From Acanthaster planci (Eukaryota): a DNA stretch of 64,000 nt. Position numbers and translations under genes: made by a program. Of the stretch, positions 11,693-25,642 are shown in pieces. Each line of letters starts with the position of its first letter. Within the stretch, counting starts at the first letter, position 1. The notes below the pieces were generated by a model that worked only from the letters and a program-made list of their open reading frames with translations, had not been told where the DNA came from and ran no database searches. Location of the stretch: the NCBI RefSeq assembly GCF_001949145.1, contig NW_019091358.1:1932240-1996239 (forward strand), in the 5' to 3' direction.

Positions 11693-14600
11693 AAGATATC
11701 ATGATTACAAACTCCTTAGCCAATCGCATTTTCGGACGTTCAAATCAAGTTTTAAGCAGATAAAGTTTTTGACACCGAACGGTGGCGCTATTTCGGGCGA
11801 ATGTTACGCAGGTGCCGCAAACAACCCTTGTGACCGTGGTAACGCAATCACTGGTCACCTGCAGTGGCCACTCTAACGGTCACTAGTGGATTGACATATA
11901 TTGTATAGAGCTACTGTTCTGTGACAGTCACTCAGTGCAATTAAACCTATTACGCTTTCCTGCGTTAGAGGGGCCATATAGCCTGAAAGTTGACCCCTGA
12001 TGGCGCGCTTCCGAAACCCTTGGATAGGAAAAATAACGTGCAAAGATTCAAAATTTGTAATATTTTTTCGGTCAGTTTCTTCTTTAAACAATCCAAATTG
12101 GAAAAAGGGCTTTGAAAAATATTTGCTAGAGTATCAATTTATAGAAACTGAAAAATTACCTGATCTAAAAGAGAAACATCCTGCCAAAAATTGACCCATA
12201 ACTTCCAAAAATCTAAAATACACGAAGAACAGTGCAATGCGGCAGTCTCGTACGCAGATGAACATTCACGATTTGAAATTTTATGGTAGTCTGTGGGTAA
12301 AAGCCAAATAACAACAGATCAAAGCATTTTACGTACTTTTACAATTATTTATAAGGTAATAAATACAAAGCAATATTCTACTTTTACGAAATATTCTAAT
12401 ATTTTATCTAACCTTTGCTGACAACAACTGCGTGTGTCAACTCAACAGACTCTAGAACCCATCGACCGCAGGAAGGTAAATCTGTGCAACCTTCTACACT
12501 CTCGTTTTCACGAAAACATGGGAAGTGGAAACGAACGTGAACACGGACACCCAGGTACGATATCGCCGGAGGTGAAAGGTCGTTACTCAAATTCGTTTTT
12601 TACCCATTTCGAGGTGAATTTTCCAAAATATTACTTGAGGAAGGCAAAAGGTAAAATTTCAACATAAGTGTTTCATGGGGTGGTTTCAGAAAAGAATTAT
12701 TCTTCCAAAAATTATCGAGCGTGACGGGACGGCCGAATGTAATCCCCATAGGCAGACCGCGCAAGAGTTCCGGAAGCTTGCTGCGTGACCTCTTACTTTC
12801 ATGCACTATTGGGAATTCCCTTGAAGTGTCGCTGAATCCGTCTCTGATTTAGAAACTTTCTGGATGATGATTTTAAAAGAAAGACTGCATGTGCAGGACA
12901 AAGGACACGCGGAAAAAGTCAAGAAAAGACGCAAGTTAAACATATGACGCTCGACTAAAACCACCATGTTTGCAGAATGATACCATGAAATTCTTGAGAA
13001 AAGAACTGCTACACGCAGTTTTTGCATATGGCAAATTTGAAAATCCTAAGAGTCTATATGCCATATTTATAGTTCAGGGTGGGGAGGATAGAATGAAGCA
13101 ACGTAATTGCTAAACTGAGATGCAAAAGTAAGGAAACAACCATTTGAAGTGAGCACTCAGTTTCAAATGCCAGGAAGTGAACCAATCAATATATTTTTGT
13201 CTTCGGGGGCCGCGGAAAGTGCCTGTGTTGGCGCAGCAATTTACTTCGATCAACGTAGTGGCGCGTTAAATCAAAACGAATCTATACATTCATGCAGGAA
13301 AAGTGCGTGGCCCTTTCAAAACATACCTTTTGCCAGGAAGTGACTATTTCACTGGTTAACTTGGCATTAATCTTTTGCCTACAAATTTTGAGATATTGTA
13401 TTACACAGTATTTTTCCCCACGATATGTTTTTACCTGTAGGAGACGTTTTTACCGACCTCGGTCAGATAATTGGTTTGCGTTGCTCTGTTTGCCACCACC
13501 AATAAATGCTATTCTGGCATTGCGTTCACTTCTAGTGCCTATACGCATAAAGCAGAAATAAGAAACTTATGGCTGGCCATTGTTCGGTGTTTTCTTCCTT
13601 GTTTCTGCATGTCGATTTTTCACACGTCTTTTTGTTGCAAAATCTCTGTGATTAGAGTTATTGGTTTATGACTTTGTTTCTAAAACGTTTCAATGAAGCT
13701 TCGTTCTTTCAAATACTTACACCACCCATCCCATGTTCTAGACTGGGAAAGAAAACATGACAAAATGTCCTGTTATACAGGTTTTTTTTTACTTCGGAAC
13801 ATTGAAGCATGTGCTACTTCTGGGAAAGTTGAAATATTTCATCATTTTATTTGCTTTATCTAATTATATAAGTTTTCATTATCACTTTGGCATTCATATG
13901 AACCCAAATTTATAAACAGGTACAGTAGTTCCCTGTATATTGTTCAAAATTATTCATGAAAGAGCTGTGACTGAACCTAACGAAATGAGTCATAAGCCAC
14001 CGAAGCAACTTTTGAGTGCAAGGCCTTGAAGAGAATGTTGCACTATGCAGTTTTAATAGGGACACTTTTCACCCATATATTGCCCATTTTCAACTGGCTG
14101 TCAACGTGTGTGACGCATCAAGACAAAGAACCCAGTTTGCTCTTTCATCTACAAACTAAAACAGAGACACCAAACAATGGACCTTAAGACCCATTTTGTA
14201 AACTCCGATCATATGTACTGTACAAAATAATGCGAAAGGAAAAAGAAGTAGCTGTAAAGGTCTCAACACAGACACATGGCTCTAGTCCAGCAATTTAGGA
14301 ATGCACGTCAGTGTCTACGGGGGAGTACACAAAGAAAAATTTTGTTAATCTTAAGCCTAGCTATTCTTTCTTTTTTTTTTTTTAGTCATCAACTTCCCTT
14401 TCGCCATCAGCATCTCGGGTCTCGGCGTCTTTGTGGCCGTGGCCTTTGGTTGGTTCGTTAAGCCCGACCATTTTATGATTCTGTACCCCCCCCACACCTG
14501 TCCAGATTTCGATATAAATTTGCTTCAAAATCCGACTCCTCTCGATTTTTGTCATTGCATATAGTATAACCCACCTGGCTTGATAAAAGTAATCGCACAT

Positions 14601-17600
14601 GCAAGGGTAAAGCTTGGCGTGTGCGTATGCACTTTTTCCCTCCCCAGGACTCGAAATATCACTGCAAATATTACATGTTAACGCGCCTAAGGCAAAGCAA
14701 AGAGGGTAATCAGCCTTCTTTAATGTCACAGAGGCAAAGAAAAGGCCTAGTGGGGACCGGCGAAGCGGAGGCGGAAGAAGAGCGTGAAATATTGCCACCT
14801 GGACTGGGTTGAAATTGTAGCCGTGGGACAGGTCGGTAGAAAATACAACTCTAGCCGAGGAGATTGCGGGCAGTGATGAGTTCGTTCATTATACCAGATT
14901 GTATAGAGGCTTCGCAACTAGCGATTAATTTACTAGTACGGATATCAGAAATCCTGTGACAAGACTGAAAACTAATTAAGCAGTACTCATTCCACTGAAC
15001 GAAATCACAACTTAAAGACTGTCTTGGGATGCTTATGCGGACAGTCCATCGCCAGAGGTGACGTTTTTGTTTCTGGCCAATAGAGTGGTAACAATTAGAT
15101 CACAGAGATGAGATTCTGCGGGCAGCGTTCGACTATCCAAAATTTATGTCGGTTAGAAAAAAAGCGATCAATCTATCACTACCTTCTCAACAAGATATGA
15201 CATTCATTTCCACACAAGTAGAAATGAAAGCTTGTAATTCAGTTGAACAGGGAAATAAAAGTCATATTCTTACCTGATAAATTCCAATTTACTACCGCTG
15301 CCCTAGTGCCCAACTAGGTTTCCCCCGAAAATATGAGTTTCCTGACGGTCATGGTTCGTATTCAGCAGGTCATTATTAGGCACTTGTTCTCACCAAAACA
15401 ATTTTCGATGTTAAATTTCATCTTTCAGGGGACAAAGGACAGCAAGAATTCGGTGGGATCGGGTATGTATATCCATGGTGTTAGTCTTATCTTCACATTC
15501 CTTATTATTACTGTGTCGTATTTGTAAGCAAATAATGTAATGTGCTTGGTTAAAATCTTAAAGGGGAAAGTGGTAAAACAAGGAATAAGACAACACCGTG
15601 ATCAAAACAACTCATTTTCAGACCAAGCTGTAATGGGGTGTGGAATAGATGCTGGATAACATTCCATCTCTAAAAACAGAATAAAAGGGAATCCATTTAT
15701 TTCCATTTTCGAAAACAAATTTCTGCAGTTTTGTTTATCAGAATTCCATGCTATTTCTCAACACCGGAGGCCGAAGAGGTATGGCGCGCTTTGTTTCAGT
15801 TGAAACAAAAATGTCTTCTATATGAATAGCCTCCTGAACAAAAGAGTTACCCTCAGAAAAGCAGAACAAAACATGTAATAAAGAAGTTAGTTGTAAAGAA
15901 TTTGACACTGTAATGAACCTTTTTTTTTTGGCAAGCGGAATATGTCTACAATCTTGTTTCATCCCTTTTATTTTGTGATTAGTTGAGTAATATTACTGAT
16001 TTAAAAGTCCATTAAATGGAAAAGGAAAACATTAAAAGGACTTACTAATTATTCCTTTCAATGTTTTCAATTTCAGTTTTTAAATTTAGCCTTGAGTTTC
16101 CATGAAGCATACAGTCGCGTGTCTATGCAGCTGTAATACAATGAATCTCTCGCTCTGGCGAAGTGTTTCGACACATCCCCGGAAATCGAACAAGGGGGTC
16201 CAAATCACACGCTCTGGAAATCAGTGAAGGGGCTGTACGCTGCAAGACCATATGGCGAAGACATCCTCCCATGTGTTGGCGGCGTGCCAGTGTCCAAGCT
16301 AGCGAAGGGTGAAATCAAAAGGGAATATGGAGAATTGAAGTCTCTGTTTGGTCTGAGTGATGAGTGCTGTCCATTGATCAGGCCAGTGCGTGTGCGTGCA
16401 CAGCTCCAATTGATTTTCTTAGATGGTTACATCTCGCTGCTCGGTGAGTGAATCCGCCGCAATGCCGTCTGGCATCTGTACGGCTACAGGTTAACAGAGC
16501 TATCCATCTCCTACCTTCAAATGGATGGGTTTGGCTTGTCTGAAACCCATCCCGTATTTGGCAAGACTGAGCAAAGATTTTAATTTTTTTATGTCGTTAA
16601 ATTAGACCATTATTTTTGGAAATTAGCGGAAGATTTTTGGATCTCCAAATTGGCAGCCTCTATTTACAGATATCATTCACCAACATTAAATTTTGGACTC
16701 CTCAGTGATGCCAGTATCCCCAATTATGGAATGTTTTATAGACAAACTTCCCCTTATTTGCTTTAATATGTAAGAGCCAGTGATTCGTCATGCCCGAAGG
16801 GAATGGATAACAGTTATTGCTTTCGAGAGCTTCATTCCTTCGGAGTCGATTTCCAACTTATAAGAGCATGACCATTTTGACTGAGGTTAGTTAGTTTGAG
16901 GGTTCCGTATAAAAAAAATCAAGTTTAGCTCGTCCACTCAACAGGTTTGCATAATATATGCAAGTGCAGCAATATTTGTAAATCACTGGGGAAAGTAGGC
17001 ATTGACACCGGGTCTTTTACATTAACAAGACTGTGCAGGCGCGAATTCATGTTTCAGCAATGGCGCATTTAAAGCGGATCAAGGGTGAAATGGATCATAG
17101 TAAAACTAGTGGAAGACTGCATGTTTAACCACCTGGTAGCAGATTTGTGGACAGAAGAAAATTGAGTGGAATTAAAAATTCATGGATATTACTAATGCAG
17201 CGACAAAGTACAAGGGATACCCAATATCTGCAGAGGCCTCAAACAGAATTTGAAGCAGCTTCAAATTGTGACATGTGTAGGGAGTGGTGATATGAAGAGT
17301 GATGAAGAATTTATGGGCAAATTAGGCATGCTGGTTGAAGCAAAAGTGGAAGGGAAATTGATATTAATGCAACAGTGCTGGGAAAATGGAGCAAAATGCA
17401 AAACAGGAATGGCGAAACTCTATATCTACTGAATTAAATTTAGTGATTTATGTCCAAAAATTTCACTGACGTTTTCATAGACACTTTTTTTAAGGCAACA
17501 AAAAAAAAAGCAAAAAAAAAATCCCACTTTGTATCCTGCAAGAAACCCTAGCTATAATCGCCTAGTTAGGTGTACATATAACTGCTTTGTTTCGTTAGGG

Positions 17601-20600
17601 GGAGGGGGCGCTGCCGATTCTGCATATTATGCTCGAATGAAGGTCTAACAAAATACCCGCAGTGATGTTGACAATCCTGGAATCCACTATCGTCCTTCTC
17701 GGTCATATATTGATCCCAAATTAACACCGCTGCTTGTGCTATGTATTAACATGCCTATAAGCCAATATCCCGGTTCTTTAATTCGTTTAGATTACCCTCA
17801 AACACGTTCCCCCATCAACATTTTGGCTCATCGAGTGGGTGTCCTGTCTTGCGTGCAAGTGTTTCATGTATATCTGCTCTGGGCTTTCGACATTGCTTCG
17901 AGAATATCGCGTGAAACTAAATCCCACATAAGCGCCTTCAGCAGTGTGAATGAGTTATGGCCAACACAGGTAACGTTTCAAAGCGCCTCAACAACATTAC
18001 GCTACTCCTTCGGGATTCTTAGTGAGAAACTGATATCACTCCTAATAACGGAAGAGAAACATTATCCTGAGCAGCACACACTATGACAACATTGACAAGC
18101 CTAATATACTTCCTGCATTAAATCCAATGCATCTCGATCGAATTATAATAATAAGAAAGGGGGTGCAGCGTGATCAATTACAGAGCCATCTTTGAACAAA
18201 TAGCCCAAGGTGATCTTTTCCTTTCGCTCTAATTAACTTTCCTCTTACTGCTCGTCTCCTGAAAAGATAGGATTATCAAGTTCAAATAACTGCAAAAGTG
18301 CGGAGTAGACTATACTGGAGGTGCATTTTGGCACTGGTTTTCCACAATTGCTGTAATTCCCGCAGTCACATCTACTCGTCAGCATTTTTACGTTTCTGGC
18401 GGCAGCCCCGCGCATCAACGCGCCGGAAGGATTATCTTGCATTATCGGGATGATTAAGACACAACCCCCTATCACATTCGATGAAGGGTTGAAATGTTAT
18501 CTGCGGCCTCCAGTTTCACAAAAATAAAGTGGAAAAAACCTACCACCCTAAGGCCTTTCCTCTCAGCGGCAAGAGAGATTCCGGTTTGGGGACTGCTGTT
18601 CAACGAGTTAAACCTTTGCTTTCTTATAATGTGTTTTATCCCATTCAGGTCTATTTTGGCATCACTGTCTACCCATGAACAAGGGTTGAGATTGGAAGAA
18701 TCGGTGGAGATCGATTGAGCAGAGTTTTGTAAAGCACGACGCTGGGGGTTGATTTCCGGCCGGGACAAGTCATCCTCTCCCCGATAACAAGTAAGCTCGG
18801 ACCCTCTGTAACATTTAAGTGCATACCAGAGCAATCAGACCTTAAGCCGGGGGTTTCTCCAGTCAACATTTTGCCTCTACTGCATAGCCTTTTTCCACAA
18901 AGAAATGCTTTTCAGGTTAAATTTTTTTCAGTACAAAGATTCTCTACTGTAATTTAACGATAGTCACAGATTGCTTGCTTCAGGGGCGTATTTAAAGCTT
19001 CTATGGTATGAGGCTTCTTGGCGGCAGACGTTTTGTGTGCGTGGGGAGGGGGGGTCGACGCTTCAGTATTCGCAATGCCGCTTGATTCTCCACTCATTGT
19101 AATTTGTTAAAGTGCTTGTTAATCGATATATGGACGGTATTTGGCGTTAACATGAAATGCACATACCCACGGCAAGCAGGAACACGCGAATGTAAAGCTT
19201 TATAATTTGAACAAAATAACATCCCAGGAAGCAAGCCTTTTCCCCTCGAGCCTAGAACAACTTTTTCAACTTAGGATATAAAGAAGATCATCAACATAAT
19301 GCGGCATAGCCAAACGACAAACACCGTCTTGCACAGGACGGCTAGACAGCATAACTTAGAACAGATACTTACACGGTGGCTTTAGGGTGTTATTAAAAGT
19401 CCAGATTTTTTTAGCTCTACAAAATTTCCAGTCCTAAATGAAACCACATTCCATGGGGAAATCTTATAGATCTTTTAAGAAATCCTTGTAGAACCAGTTA
19501 AAGTGGTATTTCGGATCAAAGTGTAAATGGAAATGATTTAACGACCTTCATTGCGCATCCAATCCGTAACCAATTTATGTACAACCAATATTTGAAAAGG
19601 AATACACGTAAAAATGCAGTTAGTCAAAGTATAAAGAAGAGACGACAATGAGTGTTTTTTTATTAAAAAAACATCACTGGTCCTATCTCTAATTTATTTC
19701 AGTTCAGTTGAAATCAAGCAACGGCAGCCAAACCAAAGTGGGCAGCATCCACCCTGCGTGGATAATAACATCCTTTCAAAATGGTTCCATTGTCAAGCAG
19801 TGCTTGCACGAAACAAAAGAGAATGTCGAAGTCCGAGTACTGCTCCCAACTGGAGTTTAGATTTGATTGAAAAGAACATTTTTTCCTCAAACAAGAACTG
19901 GGGCTGTCTGCTAACATTTCATTGGAAAAGCCAGCCGTTTGCCTTATCATGTAAATTTATAGAAGCGTGAACGGGGAAAAAATCGACAGCTTTCAACCGG
20001 TGTAATTCCATTTATTATTAGATTCTCTCAACTGAAGATGTGTGTGTTTATGCATAACAAATTAAATGTTTGAATTTGAGCTGTTATTCAATTTAGCAAG
20101 GGTTTCTGTCATTCCGCTATACTTCACTTTCTTGGATGAGTGAGATACATGGCTGTTGCAATGCGTCTGATAAGTCAAACGCGAAACTGTTCGAATATTG
20201 TTGCAACCACGAGAGCATGCAGTCATATTACGCACTCTATCCTCTGATTTGTAATTTGCGTAGCACTTGGAAGATGGTATCATTGGAAAATGGTTCGCCA
20301 GTTTAAATCGTCTCTAAATAAAGTGTGAACTGATTTAGTTATAGTCAAAAAGCAGAAATGGATGTAGAGATGCAGTGATCTCCTAGTCTGCACATTGAAA
20401 GCCTTCTTTGTATACTTTTTGTGTTCATCCTCACCATGATTGTTAAAATGTTATTGGTAGGTTTCCAACATTAGTTTTAAAATGCTGTAGTCTCAGAACT
20501 GCCTTCTTCATTTTGGTGGCGAGAAACAGCTACTTTGGGTGACTGAAGAAACAGGGTCTCGAAGATGCCAGTTGATATATGTATAATATTAATCGATAAT

Positions 20601-23600
20601 ATCAAATGATGGTCTTACTTTCAGAGAATTAATATATGGCAAACAACATGTGAAATATGACTAGACGCCATGATTTTAAGACGATAAGATTGACAACGAC
20701 AGACAGTAAAACGTCAATGACAGTGATGTCAACGGCGAACGTGACTGCAAATCAATAATAAAGGCTAGCAACTCACCAACAACAGCTTCAATAGCAGAAG
20801 CAGCGGCAGAAGAAATAAAAAAGACAGAAATCCCCAAAACTGCTAACTGCTAAACTTGAATCAAGCAGCAACTTCATCCAAAATTGTAGACACAACATTT
20901 AATTTTTCACTAAAATCCTAGTACCATATTATTGACACGTACGTTGGTACATTCACGAAGCACACAATATGCAGAGACTACCCTTCTCATTATGCGACGA
21001 ACATCTGCCCAAAACTGGGTTTCGAGTTTAAGAATGAGCTAACGTTCTCATACATCAGAGTCAAAGTAATACATGTAATGGGTAAATTTGATCAATAGTC
21101 TATCAGAAAAAAGAAATAAAAGGAAAAGAGAAGAGCAGGAAAGGCCACAGGCATGTGACATTATTTTGTCTGCCCTTCTGCAAGGCGTCAGACTTTGACC
21201 CTTCCATCTACAGAAAAAATCTGACGCACCCAAAATGCACCAGGCTAGTCTCCCGTTTTATTTAATATACCACATTACAGCAACACGCGATTAAGTTACA
21301 GCATGGTGCCATTACGAGGTTTCCTGTGGCAGCGGTGAAAGAAATTATGCGGGGAGTCCTCGAAGCTAAAGGGAAAAGTACAACTGGCCTTGGAATCCCT
21401 CTTCTCTTTAATTGTCGATGCAATGGTGTGAAAATAATGTTTTGTCTTTGCACGAGTGGTAGGAGGTATAACAATTTAAGCTTGGGTGCTGTACGTAGAA
21501 CATATAGCGCAGTGATCTAATTATTCGTCCAGTGTAGGTTCGGCAGAGTCTGTCAGTGTAGTGGACTTGGACAAGAAGTTGCTTTTATATGTAGTCTTAC
21601 ATTGTTTAAAATAATGACGGGGAGATCAGCGCATGAGCCGTTGTATTTAGCAGTAAATGAACACTTATGCAAAGGGTAAAATTCAGTGAAGTGTAGGTAT
21701 CAATTTCTACTGAATTCATGCATCGCCTTGGAAAGTCCCGTGCAAAATTACAAGATAACACTTATTTTTTTTCATAGCATTGCACAAGTGGTTGAATGGG
21801 CCAATATGAGCAGATCGCGTACTCTACTTTCGGCAGGATTCTTTTGCCAAGCGTTGAGAAATGCATTGAAAGGAGCATTCCCATTTTATAATAATTCGTC
21901 TGCCCAAAAGCGTACCTTTGTAATAGCCCTATGAAGCTGTGGCAGTGAATCCTTGCCCAAATAGGCCTAAACCAAAGAAAACCGACACTCTCGTGGCAAA
22001 TTGACCCCGCACTTCAGGTCCAGCTGCTGCGGTGATTGGTACAAAACACAAGGATTCACACAGAAGAGACTGCATGCGTTTTTTTCCTGTCAAAATTAAC
22101 CAAAGCTGCCGACACGTGTAGATGGCACCGCGAATCTACTACACTCTTGCATGAGCGCATACCTTTGCTGCTTGAAGTGTGAGCAAAGGGTCTCCTTGCG
22201 ACCTCCTTGTAAACATTTACAAGGCTGAGGACAGAACAGGCGTAGCGTTAGCATTTAATTCGATAAAAAGGTGAAAGTATTACGCCATGCATGGGGTACA
22301 GCACGATCAAAATAAAATTCATGACAGAGGTATGCTTTTGGCAGGCCATTTATACGGTTGTCAAATAATTTCATTCTCTGTGACACCTCAGTAATATTAA
22401 AATGTGTACCGGTATGAATTTTTGTGTTTAAAAATGTGTTCAAGAAGCAAATTTGATGGGATTTAGATCATGTCCGGCCTATCTGATATCAACACAACGT
22501 TGGACTGTCAGTCCCGGCTGTAAAAGCATTATGTTCTTATTATTATATTATTAATTCTCAATTGTCGGAATTTATAAGAATAGAAGTTTAAAAAATAAAT
22601 ATAAAATTAATTATGCTTTAAAATAGTTTAAATCCCTCTCCAATAAGGACTGTCAAAACCACTCTAGGTCTATATTAAAATACATGTTGTGTTTAGCCCA
22701 GTTACATATCAAGCACGGAATTTATGCTGCATTTGTATTCTTAAAGATTCTCTGTTTTTATTAAATGTGTGTTTGTGGATGGAATCCTGGAAAGGCACCA
22801 TTATTTGGGCTTGACCATTTTTTTTCAGTCTTCGCCTTGCCATCGGTAAGGGTTTTCACGGGCTTCTGGGTCCTGCATCCAACCCAATATTCATGAACAA
22901 AACAGCTACAGTCATTTTACGCACAAGGTCTGCATTTTGCCTGCTATACCATCAAAGGTTGTCAAAGTTGACTTGTCTTTTGTTATTCCTCTTGTTGATT
23001 TGGCAAGTATCAGGAAATCGATAAGCTATCAGTACATCTCTGTACAGATGTTATTACAAAAAGGGAAAAAGATAAAACTCACAGACGTTGAAAAACAAAT
23101 ACACTTTCGAACTGATGACAGAAGTGTTTGTTATTCTCATATACGGCGGTAAAAATTAAAGATATATGCCAGAAACATTTTTTCGGTATAATTTTTTTCT
23201 ATTTTCCTTTAACATAACAAACGCGAACAGCGATCAAAAGCATTATATGCAAATTGTCTACCATGCCGATTTTAACGACTGAAACAACTCAATAAATCAC
23301 ACAATGATGTTTTTAATTATAAACCAATTAATAAATGACCGGCAAATATTTGTTTAAAACCTAGAAGTACTTTCAATACAAATACTTGGAGAACAGTGCC
23401 GGGAAAAGATCAAAATGAGCGAGCACTGTAACAATATTAGTCCGTAGGCTGGGAATGAGTCAAACCCATAAGAAACCCGATGCTTAGAGATGCAAATACA
23501 AAAATTTGAATGGGACTTCAAAATTTTCTTCCTGCCCCTAATTTTGTTTCTTTTAACTTTTTTGCGTTAAGGCATGCCAAAGAATACAAAATACCACTGT

Positions 23601-24531
23601 CAGTTGGTCCAGGGGTGCAGCGAAACCCCCTCCCAGCCCTTAGACTACACGTATGCTATTTTAAATGGCTGCAAAGTTTTTACTGCTAAAGTATATTAAT
23701 ATATAAAGATATATGTTCAATCGCATTACATTTCTGTTTTTTCTTCCTTCTTTTTGATTTTTTCTTTTACAAAATATTCTTTTCGAGTACTACATTGCTC
23801 TTATTGAACATCAGACTAAATATGAAACGCGACGCATGATTGCCTTTCTAAATGTATTGCCAATACATACAAAACGCACCCAAAGCTGGAATAAGTTGTA
23901 GCTTTTTTCATAAATTGCAAATTTAACATACCTTACCCTGTTACGTTATTTATGTATTTTAACTGAAACATGGAGACATCGTCTATTGCTGTTATTTTTC
24001 CATTTAAATTGAAACAGAGATAAAACAGTTTTGTCTTTTTTAGTATTACCTAGGAAGCATTCGGAAAACATAAAAGCATCTCACAGACTGTGACGTATAT
24101 GCACTTATTACAATCGGCCAGCCGATTCGACACCAATCTGTTAGTCGCTAATTGTTTTGATGTTTTGTACTCACATTCTCAACAGCTTAGATGATGACAA
24201 GATGCTTCCAGTCTAAAAAGAAAAACTGTTACAAAAATCCATTCAGCAATGTCTGTGAAACTAATGCAATGTACCTGCAGCGTTTTAAATGCGACATAGA
24301 GCGCGTCTAGTACGAGTCTTTAAAAGTAGAGGCGACTGCGCGGCCCATCAATTTACGCATAATTTTTCTTTCCTTCTCAAAACAGCCTGAGGCTTTTGTC
24401 AGCAGCGGCTGAGACTTTTAGTTTGAGATCGTTACCTATTGCTCGTAACGGTCATACGGTAGAAGGTTGTTGGTCCTTCTTGTGAGGATTTCACTGCGAA
24501 TCATTTTAATCGTGTGTTACTCCATCATGCC

Positions 24532-24759
24532 CATTGGCAAGGGTGGATCCATGGGGCCCACGGGGGTCAGGGCTCCCAAAAGGAGCAATTACACAAATAA
24601 TTTAAGAGGGGTATATTTTGGTTAATTTTTCCCCTTAGTTGCTCCGTCATCCCTTAGAAAGGCCATAAAAAGTAATTTTTAAAACTCAAAATTATGTGCC
24701 CCCTCCCTAGCTAAAACCAAATTCCCCCCTCAAAAATTGGTTGTGGATCTTGCCCACTG
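24532..24759. mobile_element. Degenerate MITE (GGATCC-type TIRs, G-rich left and C-rich right arms)
   Basis: CATTGGCAAGGGTGGATCC...GGATCTTGCCCACTG imperfect inverted ends. Confidence 0.45.
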
Positions 24760-25103
24760 AAGCCAAGAACGTTGTATATTTGAAGATTCCGTTGTTCTTG
24801 CATGTCTTAATTGTTCGTTGACATGATCCATGTCCTTAAAAGGTTTAAATGCAGAGCCTGTAGTATTTTGGATGTTACGGCCCTCTCGAACGTTTTAAAA
24901 CTAGAATTAATATCTTGATATTATCATTATTCGTGATCTACTATCTATAGTCTGTAGAGACATGAATGTACTGGTTTAAGTTCCGTTCTATGAAAGCGCC
25001 AATTTTGAAAAGAACAAGCCAATATGGCGTGGAGTCAGTCCTAAAGAAGGTTACACCAAGAGGTTTTCCATTAATGCCACATTTTCTTGACTGAGAACGC
25101 GTC

Positions 25104-25642
25104 CTATCCAAATGACGGGACTTGTAGGAAGATGGATAAGGTGGCAATAACTGTGGTGAGTCCAAACATCCACATGAACAACCTGTCGATAATGTAAGCT
25201 ATTCTGATCCATTCGCACCGCATCTCCTTGTCCATGTCTTCCTCCTCGTATCTCTCCACGATCTTCCCCAGGTTGATGGCGATCAGGTCCAGAGTCTGCT
25301 GAAGCCGATTCCGCCGGCCCATGCCCAGGACGTCCCTCTTGCTGGTCATCATGTTGTTCATCTCCAGCTGGTTACAGTCCATGTTCACAGGCTTGTACAC
25401 GGTGTTGTTGACCTCTCGCATCGCCGGCGCGTTCTCAAAGCTGATGCGGGGCACCGTCTGGGCGCCGTGAAGGCTTCGGCAGCTCCGGAGGCACAGCACC
25501 TGGGCCAAGTAGTCTACAGTGAGCTTCCTCAGCCAGGCCGGTGGCCGGCTGGCGTACACCCCTTTGTGGTGGATGTGAAGCACGACGACCGTCATGAGTG
25601 TGGAGACAGACACCAGAATCATTGTGGTCAGATAGTACTGGG
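25104..25642 (-). CDS. Gene A exon 6 (M3, cytoplasmic loop, M4, TAG stop)
   Basis: tctcctag acceptor; [11 protein letters not shown]...[17 protein letters not shown]...; extends track ORF 25104..25622. Confidence 0.96.

Noticed and set aside
15429..15462. 34-bp AG/GT-bounded segment on the plus strand
   Set aside because: No partner exons or recognisable protein found.
16280..16420. Minus-strand frame containing ENQL...HWPD...SIFPFD...LGHW, reminiscent of nAChR motifs
   Set aside because: Motif spacing is wrong, there are no Cys-loop cysteines, there is an in-frame stop and no matching splice sites. Probably chance.
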